Below the pieces are notes generated by a model. That model was not told the origin of the DNA. It saw nothing but the letters and a program-made list of their open reading frames with translations, and did not search any database. Of a DNA stretch of 64,000 nt, positions 10,001 to 19,045 are shown in pieces (position 1 is the stretch's first letter; each line of letters starts with the position of its first letter). The DNA lies in contig JBFMAF010000035.1 of the NCBI GenBank assembly GCA_040755995.1, forward strand, positions 96,001 to 160,000, written 5' to 3'. Source of the stretch: Acidobacteriota bacterium (GTDB taxonomy: Bacteria; Acidobacteriota; CAIWXX01). The translations under genes were made by a program, and so were the position numbers.

Positions 10001-11485
10001 ATGGGCGAGCGCACGCACGGCCAGGAGCCGAAGGGCGAGCTCCGCTTCGCTGTTTTCGTCGTGGCTTACAACGCGGTATCTACCCTGCGGAGGGTCCTGG
10101 ATCGGATTCCGGCGGAGGCGTGGGAACAGCTCGAAGAGGTCTTCGTTTTTGACGACTGCAGCCAGGACGACACGGCCCTGCTGGGAGAGGGATACAAAGC
10201 CTCGCGCGGCATCGAGAAACTGAAGATCTACCGGAACAAGTGCAACTTGGGTTACGGGGGCAACCAGAAGCGGGGCTATGCCTATGCCCATGAGAAGGGG
10301 TTTGACTACGTCATCCTACTGCATGGGGACGGCCAGTATGCGCCGGAGATGATCCCTGAGTTCATGCGCGTGGCCCGAGAAGAGCGTCCCGCGGCCGTGT
10401 TTGGCTCCCGCATGCTCGCGAAGGGGAGCGCCCGCCGGGGCGGCATGCCGCTCTACAAGTACACCGGGAACAAGATCCTTAGCACATTTGAAAACCTCCT
10501 CCTGGGCGTGAAGCTTTCTGAGTTTCACTCTGGCTACCGCATGTATTCGGTACGGGATCTACGACAGCTCCATCTCCAGGCGTACACCGATGACTTCCAT
10601 TTTGACACGCAGATCATCGTGGAGCTCGTGCACCTGGCGAAGGCTATCGTCGAGATCCCGATCCCTACCTACTACGGGCGGGAGATCTGCTACGTGAACG
10701 GGATGAAATACGCGTGGAACGTGGTCTTGTCGGTCTTACAGTACAAGCTCAGCGGCTTGGGGCTGGTCAGCTGCCACTGGTGCGGCGCGGAGGGGGAGCG
10801 AATGGGTCGGTACCGTGCAAAGGGCAGTCCATTGAGCAGCCACCGGAGAGTGGCGAACCTTGTGCCGCCCAACGCCAGTGTCTTGGATCTGGGCGCGGAG
10901 GGATTCTACGTGACCGAGTTGAAGGCCAGAGGGTGCCTGGTCGTCGGCCTGAACAGCAAGGAGCCGGGGGGCGAGGTCAGGGCCCAGTATGACCGGTTCG
11001 TCTTGCGGGATGCCGATGCCGAGGGGCTGCCGGCACCCAAGGACATCGGCTATTTCGACTGCGTGATCATGGCCGATGTGATCGAGCACCTGAGGACTGC
11101 CCCTGCGGTGCTCTCCCACGCCAAGGATCTGCTTGGGGGAAAGGGTGTCCTCGTCGTCTCAACTGGAAACGTGGCCCACTGGTTTGTCCGCTTGAACCTT
11201 CTGTTGGGGCGCTTCAATTACGCTGAGCGCGGGATACTGGACCAGAGCCACGTGCACCTCTACACGAAGAATACCTTCAAGAGGCTCCTGCTCGGGCAGG
11301 GCTACCAGATCCTCAAGTTCAAGGTCACCCCAATTCCGTTCGAGCTCCTGGCAGGTCGCGGGGCACTTTCCCGGCGGTTCTGGAAGGCCGTTGAGTATGG
11401 CTACTACGTCCTTGCCAGGGTGTGGCCAGGCTTGTTCGCCTACCAGTTCGTCTTGGTGGCCACCCCTTGCAGGAGAGGGCCGTGA
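10001..11485 (+). CDS. GT2 (DPM1-like) glycosyltransferase fused to a class I methyltransferase
   Basis: VAYNA, FDDCSQD, NLGYGGNQK, LHGDGQY, EFHSGYR, then VLDLGA, ADVIEHL, GILDQSHVHLYT. Confidence 0.9.
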   Translation: MGERTHGQEPKGELRFAVFVVAYNAVSTLRRVLDRIPAEAWEQLEEVFVFDDCSQDDTALLGEGYKASRGIEKLKIYRNKCNLGYGGNQKRGYAYAHEKGFDYVILLHGDGQYAPEMIPEFMRVAREERPAAVFGSRMLAKGSARRGGMPLYKYTGNKILSTFENLLLGVKLSEFHSGYRMYSVRDLRQLHLQAYTDDFHFDTQIIVELVHLAKAIVEIPIPTYYGREICYVNGMKYAWNVVLSVLQYKLSGLGLVSCHWCGAEGERMGRYRAKGSPLSSHRRVANLVPPNASVLDLGAEGFYVTELKARGCLVVGLNSKEPGGEVRAQYDRFVLRDADAEGLPAPKDIGYFDCVIMADVIEHLRTAPAVLSHAKDLLGGKGVLVVSTGNVAHWFVRLNLLLGRFNYAERGILDQSHVHLYTKNTFKRLLLGQGYQILKFKVTPIPFELLAGRGALSRRFWKAVEYGYYVLARVWPGLFAYQFVLVATPCRRGP

Positions 11486-11581
11486 AGCGGCTCGGCCCGC
11501 CCGCAGCTGGCCTCCGGTGTCCCCGGGACTGCTTCGAGAGGGGGCAGTGATCGGCTGGTCCGCCCGGGCGCTCAAGGGCAT

Positions 11582-11734
11582 GCCGATCTGGCTTTCGGAG
11601 CATTCGCGACCGGGTTCGGGTACGAGTACATCACGACCGAGACCAAACGCGGCGGCGTAACGGACACCACGAACGGCTGGGCCGTCTCGACTCAGCCTAC
11701 AGTCGGCGTCCAGATCCGCTACTACTTGAATTAG
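11582..11734 (+). pseudogene. C-terminal remnant of an outer-membrane beta-barrel gene
   Basis: Frame with no obvious start reads ADLAFGAFATGFGYEYITTETKRGGVTDTTNGWAVSTQPTVGVQIRYYLN-stop: amphipathic strands ending in a beta-signal-like motif. Confidence 0.35.
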
Positions 11735-11762
11735 CGAGACGCGGTCGGCCGGGTCTCTGCGT

Positions 11763-11792
11763 GCCCGTACCCGTTCGACGTCGGGTACGGGT
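11763..11792. terminator. hairpin between convergent genes
   Basis: GCCCGTACCCG / CGGGTACGGGT inverted repeat just downstream of the ligase stop. Confidence 0.45.
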
Positions 11793-11821
11793 GCGCGCAC
11801 CGTACCGAGGATTCGGCCCAG

Positions 11822-13744
11822 TCATCCGACGCGCTGGCGCAAGTAGAGCTCCTCGATGCTCGTCGTACTGTCGGTCTCGTGGGCGTGCTTGTCGGCGCGG
11901 ATGACGACAAGCTTGGGATCGCGAAGCGAGAGGCGCCCTGTCGCATGGTCGCGCGTCACGCCTTCAAACCGCACCGTGACGACGATGTGCGGAAGCAGCT
12001 CCATGCCGGGCCGCACGCCGGAAGCGCTCGGCCGCTCGATCCGCCGCCCCGTCAGCAGCCCTTCCCTCAGGATCTCCGCCTGTATCTCCGCGTCGCGCAC
12101 CCGATCGACTCCAGCCACGTCCCCAACGTCCTCGAACGAGCCGTCCGGCCGGCGAGCGCCGATCAGGTACGACCCGAACACCCCGGCGTGCTCCTTGGTG
12201 GTCACGGCAAGCACCGCGCCGAGGAGGACCAGGTCGAGCGTCACCTCCGGCTTCCGCTTCCTCCATGCCGGATCGCGCTCGGAAAGCAGGTAGCGCCCGT
12301 TCAGGTCCTTGGCGATGATCCCCTCGTAGCCCTGCGCGCGGAAGTGGTGGAAGAGCCTGTTGACATCATCGCGGCTGCTCGCGAGCTGCCCCTCGGCGAC
12401 GAGGAGAGGCACGGGGAGTGAGAAAGCGGCGAGCGGCGCGAGCAGAGCCTGGAGCCGCGCACGGCGCTCGGCGAGCGCCATCGACGTGAGATCGTGGCCG
12501 TTCAAGTACAGCAGATCGAAGGCCGCGAACTTGAGATGCACGGGCTGCGCCCGTTCGCCCTGCAGCGCCGCGTACACTTCGTAGACTGTGGCGGGGCGCG
12601 CGCCATCGAGGCTCAGCACTGTGCCGTACAGCTCGCCGTCTACTATCGCATCGCGCGCCGGAATCATCTTGATCGTAGCGTCGAGCCCGGGTACGAGCTC
12701 GAGCCAGTCTCCCCGGTTGCGCGTGTAGGCGCCGCAGAGCACCGTGGACAGTGCATCGGTCGACTTGTGCAGCATCAGCCGTATGCCGTCGTACTTGCGC
12801 TCGACCCACACTGGGAACTTGTCGATCTCGTCGGCCGTCCCGCCCGCGAGCGCCGGCCGGACCGGCGCGAGCGGTTTGAGGCGGATGCTGTGAAGCCCTT
12901 GCGGGCCGTGTGCCTGGAGAGCCTCGGCGACGTGGAAGACGTCGGTGAGCGCTATGGCGTGCGCCACGGCCTCCTCCGAGGCGCCGAAGCTGGTCGCGAG
13001 GACTCGAGCGATCAGCGATCCCTGGTATTCGATGCCGGCCTTGCACAACAGAAGCCTGGCGAGGAAGTACGCTTCGAGTTTCCCGCAACGCAACAGCATT
13101 GAGCGAAGGACGTCGAAGGCGAGAGTCCTTCGTGTGCCTGGAAGGAACCGCAGCGTCTCGAGGACCTCGGCGGAAGTCAGTGCCGGCTCCTCTCGCAATG
13201 AAGGCCGCGTTTCGGCCATGAGCACCGCCACGTCTCCAACCATGGTGAGCCGATCCAGCATCTCACGGTAACGCGCAAGCCGCACCGAGGAGGTCAGGCG
13301 GACCAGGCTGTCTCGCCGGAAGGTGCTCTTCTTGCCTCGGAAGGGTTGGCCCAGGATGCAGCCGAGCTTCTGGAGCAGACCGAGCCCGGTCTCGCGGTCG
13401 AGAAACCGCCGTATAAGGTTCTCGCGCGCTTGCGAATCCAGTGGCGGCGGAACGATTATCCCAAACAGCTGGGCTACCTTCTCAGGAGCCATACCCGAGA
13501 GTGGCAGGAACAGGCCGGTGCAGAGACTGTAGAACGGAATCGAGTCCAGTGCGCCCTCCGCCACCGGAGCGCCTCGCTCGGCCGCGAGCCTCTCGATGAC
13601 GAACGCGAGGTGAAGCGGGACGCCCAGGTTGCCTTCGAGATACTCGGTTGTGGCCGGTTGAGGTCCGAGCGTATGCAGAACAGGCGCGAGCGACCCTGCG
13701 CTCTCGACCCAGGCCCGGACGTCGTCGGACTGAACAACTTTCAT
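11822..13744 (-). CDS. ATP-dependent DNA ligase with long N-terminal helical domain
   Basis: Motif I ERKYDGIR, III IVDGEL, IIIa AFDLLYLNG, IV EGIIAK, V WRKRKP...LDLVLLG, VI SLRDPKLVVIRADK; RBS GGAGAGGGAG. Confidence 0.93.
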   Translation of the reverse strand: MKVVQSDDVRAWVESAGSLAPVLHTLGPQPATTEYLEGNLGVPLHLAFVIERLAAERGAPVAEGALDSIPFYSLCTGLFLPLSGMAPEKVAQLFGIIVPPPLDSQARENLIRRFLDRETGLGLLQKLGCILGQPFRGKKSTFRRDSLVRLTSSVRLARYREMLDRLTMVGDVAVLMAETRPSLREEPALTSAEVLETLRFLPGTRRTLAFDVLRSMLLRCGKLEAYFLARLLLCKAGIEYQGSLIARVLATSFGASEEAVAHAIALTDVFHVAEALQAHGPQGLHSIRLKPLAPVRPALAGGTADEIDKFPVWVERKYDGIRLMLHKSTDALSTVLCGAYTRNRGDWLELVPGLDATIKMIPARDAIVDGELYGTVLSLDGARPATVYEVYAALQGERAQPVHLKFAAFDLLYLNGHDLTSMALAERRARLQALLAPLAAFSLPVPLLVAEGQLASSRDDVNRLFHHFRAQGYEGIIAKDLNGRYLLSERDPAWRKRKPEVTLDLVLLGAVLAVTTKEHAGVFGSYLIGARRPDGSFEDVGDVAGVDRVRDAEIQAEILREGLLTGRRIERPSASGVRPGMELLPHIVVTVRFEGVTRDHATGRLSLRDPKLVVIRADKHAHETDSTTSIEELYLRQRVG

Positions 13745-13823
13745 CGCCAACTCCCTCTCCTACTCGCCCCACTACACGCCGTCTGCCTCAGGGGGAGCAC
13801 CGAAGCTGGCATGATCGGCTCTC

Positions 13824-14156
13824 TCACCGCCGCTTAGCTGATGACCGGACATGGCGTGCGCTGCGCCAGTACACATCTGGCAGGCCCCAGGCTCGGCCGA
13901 TCTCGTATCGCATCAGCAGACGCGCGGCCCGGCTGAGCATCGCGAGGTCGCGCATAACCCAGAGGTCACCGAGCAGATTCCGCGTCGTGTATTCATCGAC
14001 CGGGCTTCCGGCGGGCAACCTCCGCAATCGCCGCATGATCTCGGCACACTCCGCCGCCGAGAATCTCGATCGCATGGCACGACAGGATGCCGTCAATTCG
14101 GCCCACTCGCGAAATCCGTGGCGGCGTTGATGGATCAGCGGATCGAAGGCGCTCAT
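13824..14156 (-). CDS. small hypothetical protein, possible partner of the nucleotidyltransferase
   Basis: 110 aa; ATGA overlap with the upstream gene indicates translational coupling. Confidence 0.55.
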   Translation of the reverse strand: MSAFDPLIHQRRHGFREWAELTASCRAMRSRFSAAECAEIMRRLRRLPAGSPVDEYTTRNLLGDLWVMRDLAMLSRAARLLMRYEIGRAWGLPDVYWRSARHVRSSAKRR

Positions 14157-14755
14157 GGTTTCAGTCGCTGGATGGAACGCAAGATCTCGGCGTCTTCCAA
14201 GTCGCGCGGCCGTTCGGAGAGTGACTTCAAGTCAGCAAACGCCCCCAGTCCCAGCACCCTGAACCGTTCACCGGAAGACACCTCTTTGATCACTGTGTTC
14301 TGCAGGGCTCGCTCGCACACCGATCCGGGGTCGGCAATGAGGAAGTCCAGGACCTCTGGGTCGGCATCAGGCACGAGCCGAACGAACCGCCGTATCCTGA
14401 TCCGGCCACGGGCAACTCTGATCTCCCCTGGCTCGTGTGCATATCCCAGCTCGCGGAGACGAGGTCGAAGGGCGTCCACCGCTTCAGGCTCGATGATCAA
14501 GTCCACGTCCGCTGATGCGCGAGGCGCACCGTAGATAGCCATTCCGACGGCACCGCACCAGGCATGCTTGTATCCCCCGGCTGCGAGAAGACCCGCCACC
14601 TCCCGCGCCATCTGCAGCAGCTGCCGAGCGCCCTCCTTCACATGGACGTTCTCACGATCCGGACTGACACCGCTGCGGACGCCCGTGGCCGGTTTGGAGG
14701 AGCGCCCTGGCTTCCCGAGCACTCGCTTGCTGGGTCTCGTGATTCTCGGCATCAC
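14153..14755 (-). CDS. nucleotidyltransferase, Pol-beta superfamily (AbiEii/DUF6036-like)
   Basis: WCGAVGMAIYGAPRASADVDLII (G..DxD) and LKSLSERPRDLED (K...RP.D..D); the start may be further downstream. Confidence 0.8.
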   Translation of the reverse strand: MMPRITRPSKRVLGKPGRSSKPATGVRSGVSPDRENVHVKEGARQLLQMAREVAGLLAAGGYKHAWCGAVGMAIYGAPRASADVDLIIEPEAVDALRPRLRELGYAHEPGEIRVARGRIRIRRFVRLVPDADPEVLDFLIADPGSVCERALQNTVIKEVSSGERFRVLGLGAFADLKSLSERPRDLEDAEILRSIQRLKP

Positions 14756-14786
14756 GCGTCACTCGGTCAAGGCGTGTTGTTCCTCT

Positions 14787-15905
14787 TCAGGCCCGTGGCA
14801 CCGGCGGCTTGTACTCAGCCGGCTGCGAGGCGTGGACCACGAGGACACCCGTGTGCGGCTCGCGATCCACACGGATCGGGTACGGGAAGATCGGAGTCGT
14901 CACGCTCTTCACCGCCGTGACGATGTCGATCTTGTCTCTGTACTTGCCGCCCCACATCTCGGCGACCTCTTTGGAGCCCAGTGAGAACTCCTCGATGAGG
15001 AACACCGCGTCCGCGGTATGCTGGAGCGCCTCGCCTCCAACAGGCATCCCTGTGTCCCGGATCTGGCCCACGCAGATGCAGGTGACCCCGTTCGCGTGGT
15101 TGTATGTCTTGAGCGCTGAGAGGTGGTCGGCGGTCCGGTTCTTGGTGGGGTCGAGCATGTTCAGCGAATCGATGACCACGAAACGAATCGATTCCTTTTC
15201 GACCAGGTACCGGTACTTCGCGATGAAGCTGTCCCAGTCCATACCCTTGTGGTACTGGCTCTCGAGTACGAACATGTTGCCGAGGGCCTTCTCGGCGAAG
15301 GCCTGCTCGTCGAGGGCGGTCACGGCCATGCCGATCTTGGTCAGTCGAGAGCACAGATCGTCCCGGCCGGACCCCTCCTGATCGTGGAAGCCTTCTTCAG
15401 CCACCACGAAGGCGACCTTCTCTCCGGCCAGCGCCACGCGGGCCATGCCTGCCATGACAGTACGCGTCTTGCCCTTGCCGGGAGGCCCTGCGAATGCCAT
15501 GGTGCATCCCTTGGGCACGCCTCCGAGCGCGCTCTTCCCATCCTCGGTGAGGCAGAGCAGATCGAGGACCGATCCGAGCTGGACGGCCTCCTGCGTCTTC
15601 AGCCGCCCTGTGATGAGAGCCGGACGGATGATGGCGGCATCAAGGCCGGGGTCGGTATCGGGTGTGGCTGCCGGTTGTGCGAACGGCATGGCCGCCGGAT
15701 CCATGGCAGGCGCGCCCATGGCGCCGCCCATCATCATCTGCATCATCTGCATCATCGCGTACATCGGGTTCTGGCCCATCATCATTGGAGCGCCCGGCAT
15801 GCCGGCCATCGGCATCATAGGCATGGCAGCAGGAGCCGGCGCGGCGGCGGGCGGCATCGCTGCCTGCTGGGGAGGGCTTTGTGGGGGCGTTGGCTTCTTC
15901 GTCAT
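14787..15905 (-). CDS. single-domain KaiC/RAD55-like RecA-superfamily ATPase with low-complexity N-terminus
   Basis: LGGVPKG, Walker A GPPGKGKT, catalytic VAEE, Walker B VVIDS, GGEALQHTADAV; first ~85 aa rich in Met, Pro, Ala, Gln. Confidence 0.85.
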   Translation of the reverse strand: MTKKPTPPQSPPQQAAMPPAAAPAPAAMPMMPMAGMPGAPMMMGQNPMYAMMQMMQMMMGGAMGAPAMDPAAMPFAQPAATPDTDPGLDAAIIRPALITGRLKTQEAVQLGSVLDLLCLTEDGKSALGGVPKGCTMAFAGPPGKGKTRTVMAGMARVALAGEKVAFVVAEEGFHDQEGSGRDDLCSRLTKIGMAVTALDEQAFAEKALGNMFVLESQYHKGMDWDSFIAKYRYLVEKESIRFVVIDSLNMLDPTKNRTADHLSALKTYNHANGVTCICVGQIRDTGMPVGGEALQHTADAVFLIEEFSLGSKEVAEMWGGKYRDKIDIVTAVKSVTTPIFPYPIRVDREPHTGVLVVHASQPAEYKPPVPRA

Positions 15906-16165
15906 TCTTTGCTCCACTTCCTCGTTGCACAAGGTGCCACGGCCTCGTGGGCACCTGCTCTACTAGTATCTCACAACTCCCGCGGGCATGCGCAAGCTCG
16001 ATAGTCCGGGGCTGATGGTGCGCACTGCGGGTCGCTGCGTAGACCCGCAGCCCGATGGGCCGGCTGCGACCGCGCAACTTTGTCCTGGATCTCGTCGTAT
16101 GTATTAGGCTGAGCATGACTCATATCGGCCGAAATCACCGATCAACTGAAGAGATGGAGGGTTTC

Positions 16166-18214
16166 ATGAGAAGGACCTGCACAGGGACCGCGCTGCCTGC
16201 GCTGATGACAGCGCTGTTGATCTCCGGGCCGGCGCTGACGGCAGAGGATACCAGCCCGGCGCTGGACCGGAAGAACATGGATCTTGCGATCCGGCCTGGT
16301 GATGATTTCTATCGCTACGCGAACGGGCAATGGATAAAGAACCTGGTGCTGCCCGACGACAAGAGCCAGTACGAGTCGTTCACCCAGGTAAGCGAGCAGA
16401 ATCGGGAAAGGCTGCGGGAGCTTTTCGAGGGGCTGGCGATGAAGTCCAAGGACGCCCCAAAGGGGAGCGCCGCACAGAAGATCGGCGATTTCTATGGTGT
16501 GGCCATGGACGCCGCGAGGATTGATGCTCTGGGCTGGAAGCCGATCGAGCCGGATCTGGAGAGGATCGCGAAGGCCGCGACGTTGGAGGAGATGCAGGAG
16601 GTGGTGGCCGGCTTCCACCGAAAAGGGTTCCCGGTGATTTTCGTTGCTACCGTGGACGTCGACCTCATGAATGCGAAGGAGTACTCGTTCTACCTTGCGC
16701 AGGGTGGCTTGGGTCTGCCCGACAGGGACTACTACACCAACGAAGACTCTGACTCCCAGAAGATACGCGATGAGTACCTGCGCCACGTGTCAAAGATGCT
16801 GCAGCTGCTGGGAGACGCGCCTGATCAGGCCGATGCCGGCGCGAAGACCGTGATGTCCATCGAGACCCTCCTGGCACGCAGCTCGAAGACGCGAGTGGAA
16901 CTGCGAGACGTCCAGAAGCTGTACAACAAGATGACGCTGCAGCAGCTCCAGGAGCTCTCCCCCGGGATCGACTGGGCCCGGTACGTGAGAAACATCGCCG
17001 GGAAGGAAATCTCGGTATTCGTCGTCGTCTCGCCGGATTTCTACAAGGAGCTTGGCCGCGTGGTGAAGGAGATTCCGCTGGCCGATTGGAAGACCTACTT
17101 GCGCTGGCATCTGGTGAGCTCCTACGCGCCCTACCTGAGCTCGGCGTTCGTCGACGAGAACTTCGGCTTCTTCGGCCGGCACATGGAGGGGATCAAGACG
17201 CTGCCCGAGCGCTGGAAGCGGATGACCAGCCTGGCGAGCGAATCGCTGGGGGAGCTGGTCGGGCAGATGTATGTCGAGAAGTACTTCCCGCCGGTGTCGA
17301 AGAGGCGTATGGATGAGCTGGGAGCCAACCTCAAGAAGGCGATGGAAAGCCGCCTCCGCAATCTGACCTGGATGAGCGAGGCCACCAAGAAAGCGGCCCT
17401 TACGAAGCTGGCCGCCATGAGGGTGGAGGTCGGGTATCCGGTCAAGTGGGAGGACTACACGAAGCTCGAGGTCGGCCGCGAGTCCTTCCTCGACAACGTC
17501 ATGAGGGCAGGCAAGTTCAACTTCGACAAGAACCTCGATCAGCTCGGGAAGCCGGTCGACACGACCAAGTGGGACATGACTCCACAGACGGTCAACGCCG
17601 GCTACAACCCGTTGTTCAACAAGATGATCTTCCCCGCCGGCATACTCCAGCCTCCGTTCTTCTTCGCCGGCGCGGACGATGCCGTGAACTACGGGGCCAT
17701 CGGCATGGGCATCGGACACGAGATGAGCCACGGCTTCGACGACCAGGGGCGCTACTTCGACAAAGATGGCAACATGCGAGACTGGTGGACCCCGGATGAC
17801 GCGGAGAAGTTCAAGCAGCAGACACAACTCCTGGTGAAGCAGTACAGCGCGTTCGCGACCGCCGACGGCGTCCATGTCAATGGCGAGCTCTGCCTCGGCG
17901 AGAACATCGCCGACTACGCCGGCCTTGCCGTCGCCTACGATGCCTACCAGCTGTCGCTCCAGGGCAAGGAGAGACCGGAGAAGATCGACGGCTTCACCGG
18001 CGGCCAGCGATTCTTCCTCGCCTTCGCCCAGCTCTGGCGCGGCAAGATCCGCGACGAGGCACTGAAGCGGAGGATCCAGGAGGACGTCCATCCGTGGGGC
18101 GAGTTCCGCGTCAACGGGGCTCCGTTCAACGTTCCGGTCTTCTACGAGCTGTTCGACATCAAGCCGGCCGACAAGCTGTACAGAAAGCCGGATGAACGGC
18201 CGGCGATCTGGTAG
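16166..18214 (+). CDS. M13 family zinc metallopeptidase (PepO/neprilysin-like), secreted
   Basis: Signal peptide; PGDDFYRYANG, VNAGY, GHEMSHGFDDQG (HExxH), GENIAD; RBS GGAGG before ATG 16166. Confidence 0.95.
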   Translation: MRRTCTGTALPALMTALLISGPALTAEDTSPALDRKNMDLAIRPGDDFYRYANGQWIKNLVLPDDKSQYESFTQVSEQNRERLRELFEGLAMKSKDAPKGSAAQKIGDFYGVAMDAARIDALGWKPIEPDLERIAKAATLEEMQEVVAGFHRKGFPVIFVATVDVDLMNAKEYSFYLAQGGLGLPDRDYYTNEDSDSQKIRDEYLRHVSKMLQLLGDAPDQADAGAKTVMSIETLLARSSKTRVELRDVQKLYNKMTLQQLQELSPGIDWARYVRNIAGKEISVFVVVSPDFYKELGRVVKEIPLADWKTYLRWHLVSSYAPYLSSAFVDENFGFFGRHMEGIKTLPERWKRMTSLASESLGELVGQMYVEKYFPPVSKRRMDELGANLKKAMESRLRNLTWMSEATKKAALTKLAAMRVEVGYPVKWEDYTKLEVGRESFLDNVMRAGKFNFDKNLDQLGKPVDTTKWDMTPQTVNAGYNPLFNKMIFPAGILQPPFFFAGADDAVNYGAIGMGIGHEMSHGFDDQGRYFDKDGNMRDWWTPDDAEKFKQQTQLLVKQYSAFATADGVHVNGELCLGENIADYAGLAVAYDAYQLSLQGKERPEKIDGFTGGQRFFLAFAQLWRGKIRDEALKRRIQEDVHPWGEFRVNGAPFNVPVFYELFDIKPADKLYRKPDERPAIW

Positions 18215-18230
18215 CGGAGGGCCGGATCGA

Positions 18231-18276
18231 GGCGCGGCCGGCGCAGCCTCGCATGTACATCGGCCGCGGGCCGCGG
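18231..18276. repeat. dispersed two-hairpin intergenic element, copy 1
   Basis: GGCGCGGCCGGCGCAGCCTCGCATGTACATCGGCCGCGGGCCG is closely similar to 28875-28920. Confidence 0.6.
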
Positions 18277-18280
18277 CTCG

Positions 18281-18868
18281 CTAACTGAACGTGGCGGTGA
18301 ATTCGCAGACTGCATGGCCCCTGTGGACGCAGGCAGTGTGCCGCACGCGCATGTCTTTCGCGCCGAAGATCTGGCCGATCTTCTCGAACCATCCCTCCAT
18401 CAAAGCGCAATGCGTCGGATCAATCTCGGGGAAGTTCCGGATCACCAGACGGGCGCTCCGATCCGTGATGTCCAGCACCTCCAGTTTGCCGCTACTGAAG
18501 TACCGGGGCCAGAAGAGAGTAGCCTTCGGCAGCAATCTCTGGAAGCTGGTAATGGCTGCAATGATCCTGAAAACACCTTGCACATCGCGCTCCGCACTGA
18601 CTCCGCCGACGCGTCTTGCGAGGGACTTGTCGCCCTTCCCGATGGTCTTGTCGACGGCGCAGAGAAGGTGAGCGAAGACGTGGTAGGCGTACCAGAGCGA
18701 AGCGTTGATAGGAGTGGCAAAAACCGCTCGGTCCTCCGCGGGCAGCTTCGAGATGATCGCAGGAATCCCGCCGGGATAGTTCGAATCCTTGATGAACTTG
18801 AGCAAACCCCGGATCGCAAAGCCCTTGATGTCAGCCACGGCCACCCCCCTAGAAGACCCTTGGGCCAT
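18281..18868 (-). CDS. hypothetical protein with V4R/HNOB-like ligand-binding fold (DUF2378-like)
   Basis: IKG...L near the N-terminus, SLWY, C-terminal C...GW...CVHRGHAVCEF; the start may be GTG 18844. Confidence 0.7.
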   Translation of the reverse strand: MAQGSSRGVAVADIKGFAIRGLLKFIKDSNYPGGIPAIISKLPAEDRAVFATPINASLWYAYHVFAHLLCAVDKTIGKGDKSLARRVGGVSAERDVQGVFRIIAAITSFQRLLPKATLFWPRYFSSGKLEVLDITDRSARLVIRNFPEIDPTHCALMEGWFEKIGQIFGAKDMRVRHTACVHRGHAVCEFTATFS

Positions 18869-18925
18869 TATACCAGGCTCGCCGCCGGACCGGCCACTCT
18901 CTTACCACTCGATCTCACTCTCCCC

Positions 18926-18954
18926 TTGACACGGCCTCGCAACCCCCGTATTCT
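18926..18954 (+). promoter_or_regulatory. sigma70-like promoter
   Basis: TTGACA-17 nt-TATTCT upstream of the cNMP-binding gene. Confidence 0.6.
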
Positions 18955-19045
18955 GCCCTCGCAGGTCGCGAGGCAGGTGCCCCGATGACCGATCATATTC
19001 GTTAAATCCATTACGATTTTCCGCGTTCATGAAGGAGGAATCCCA

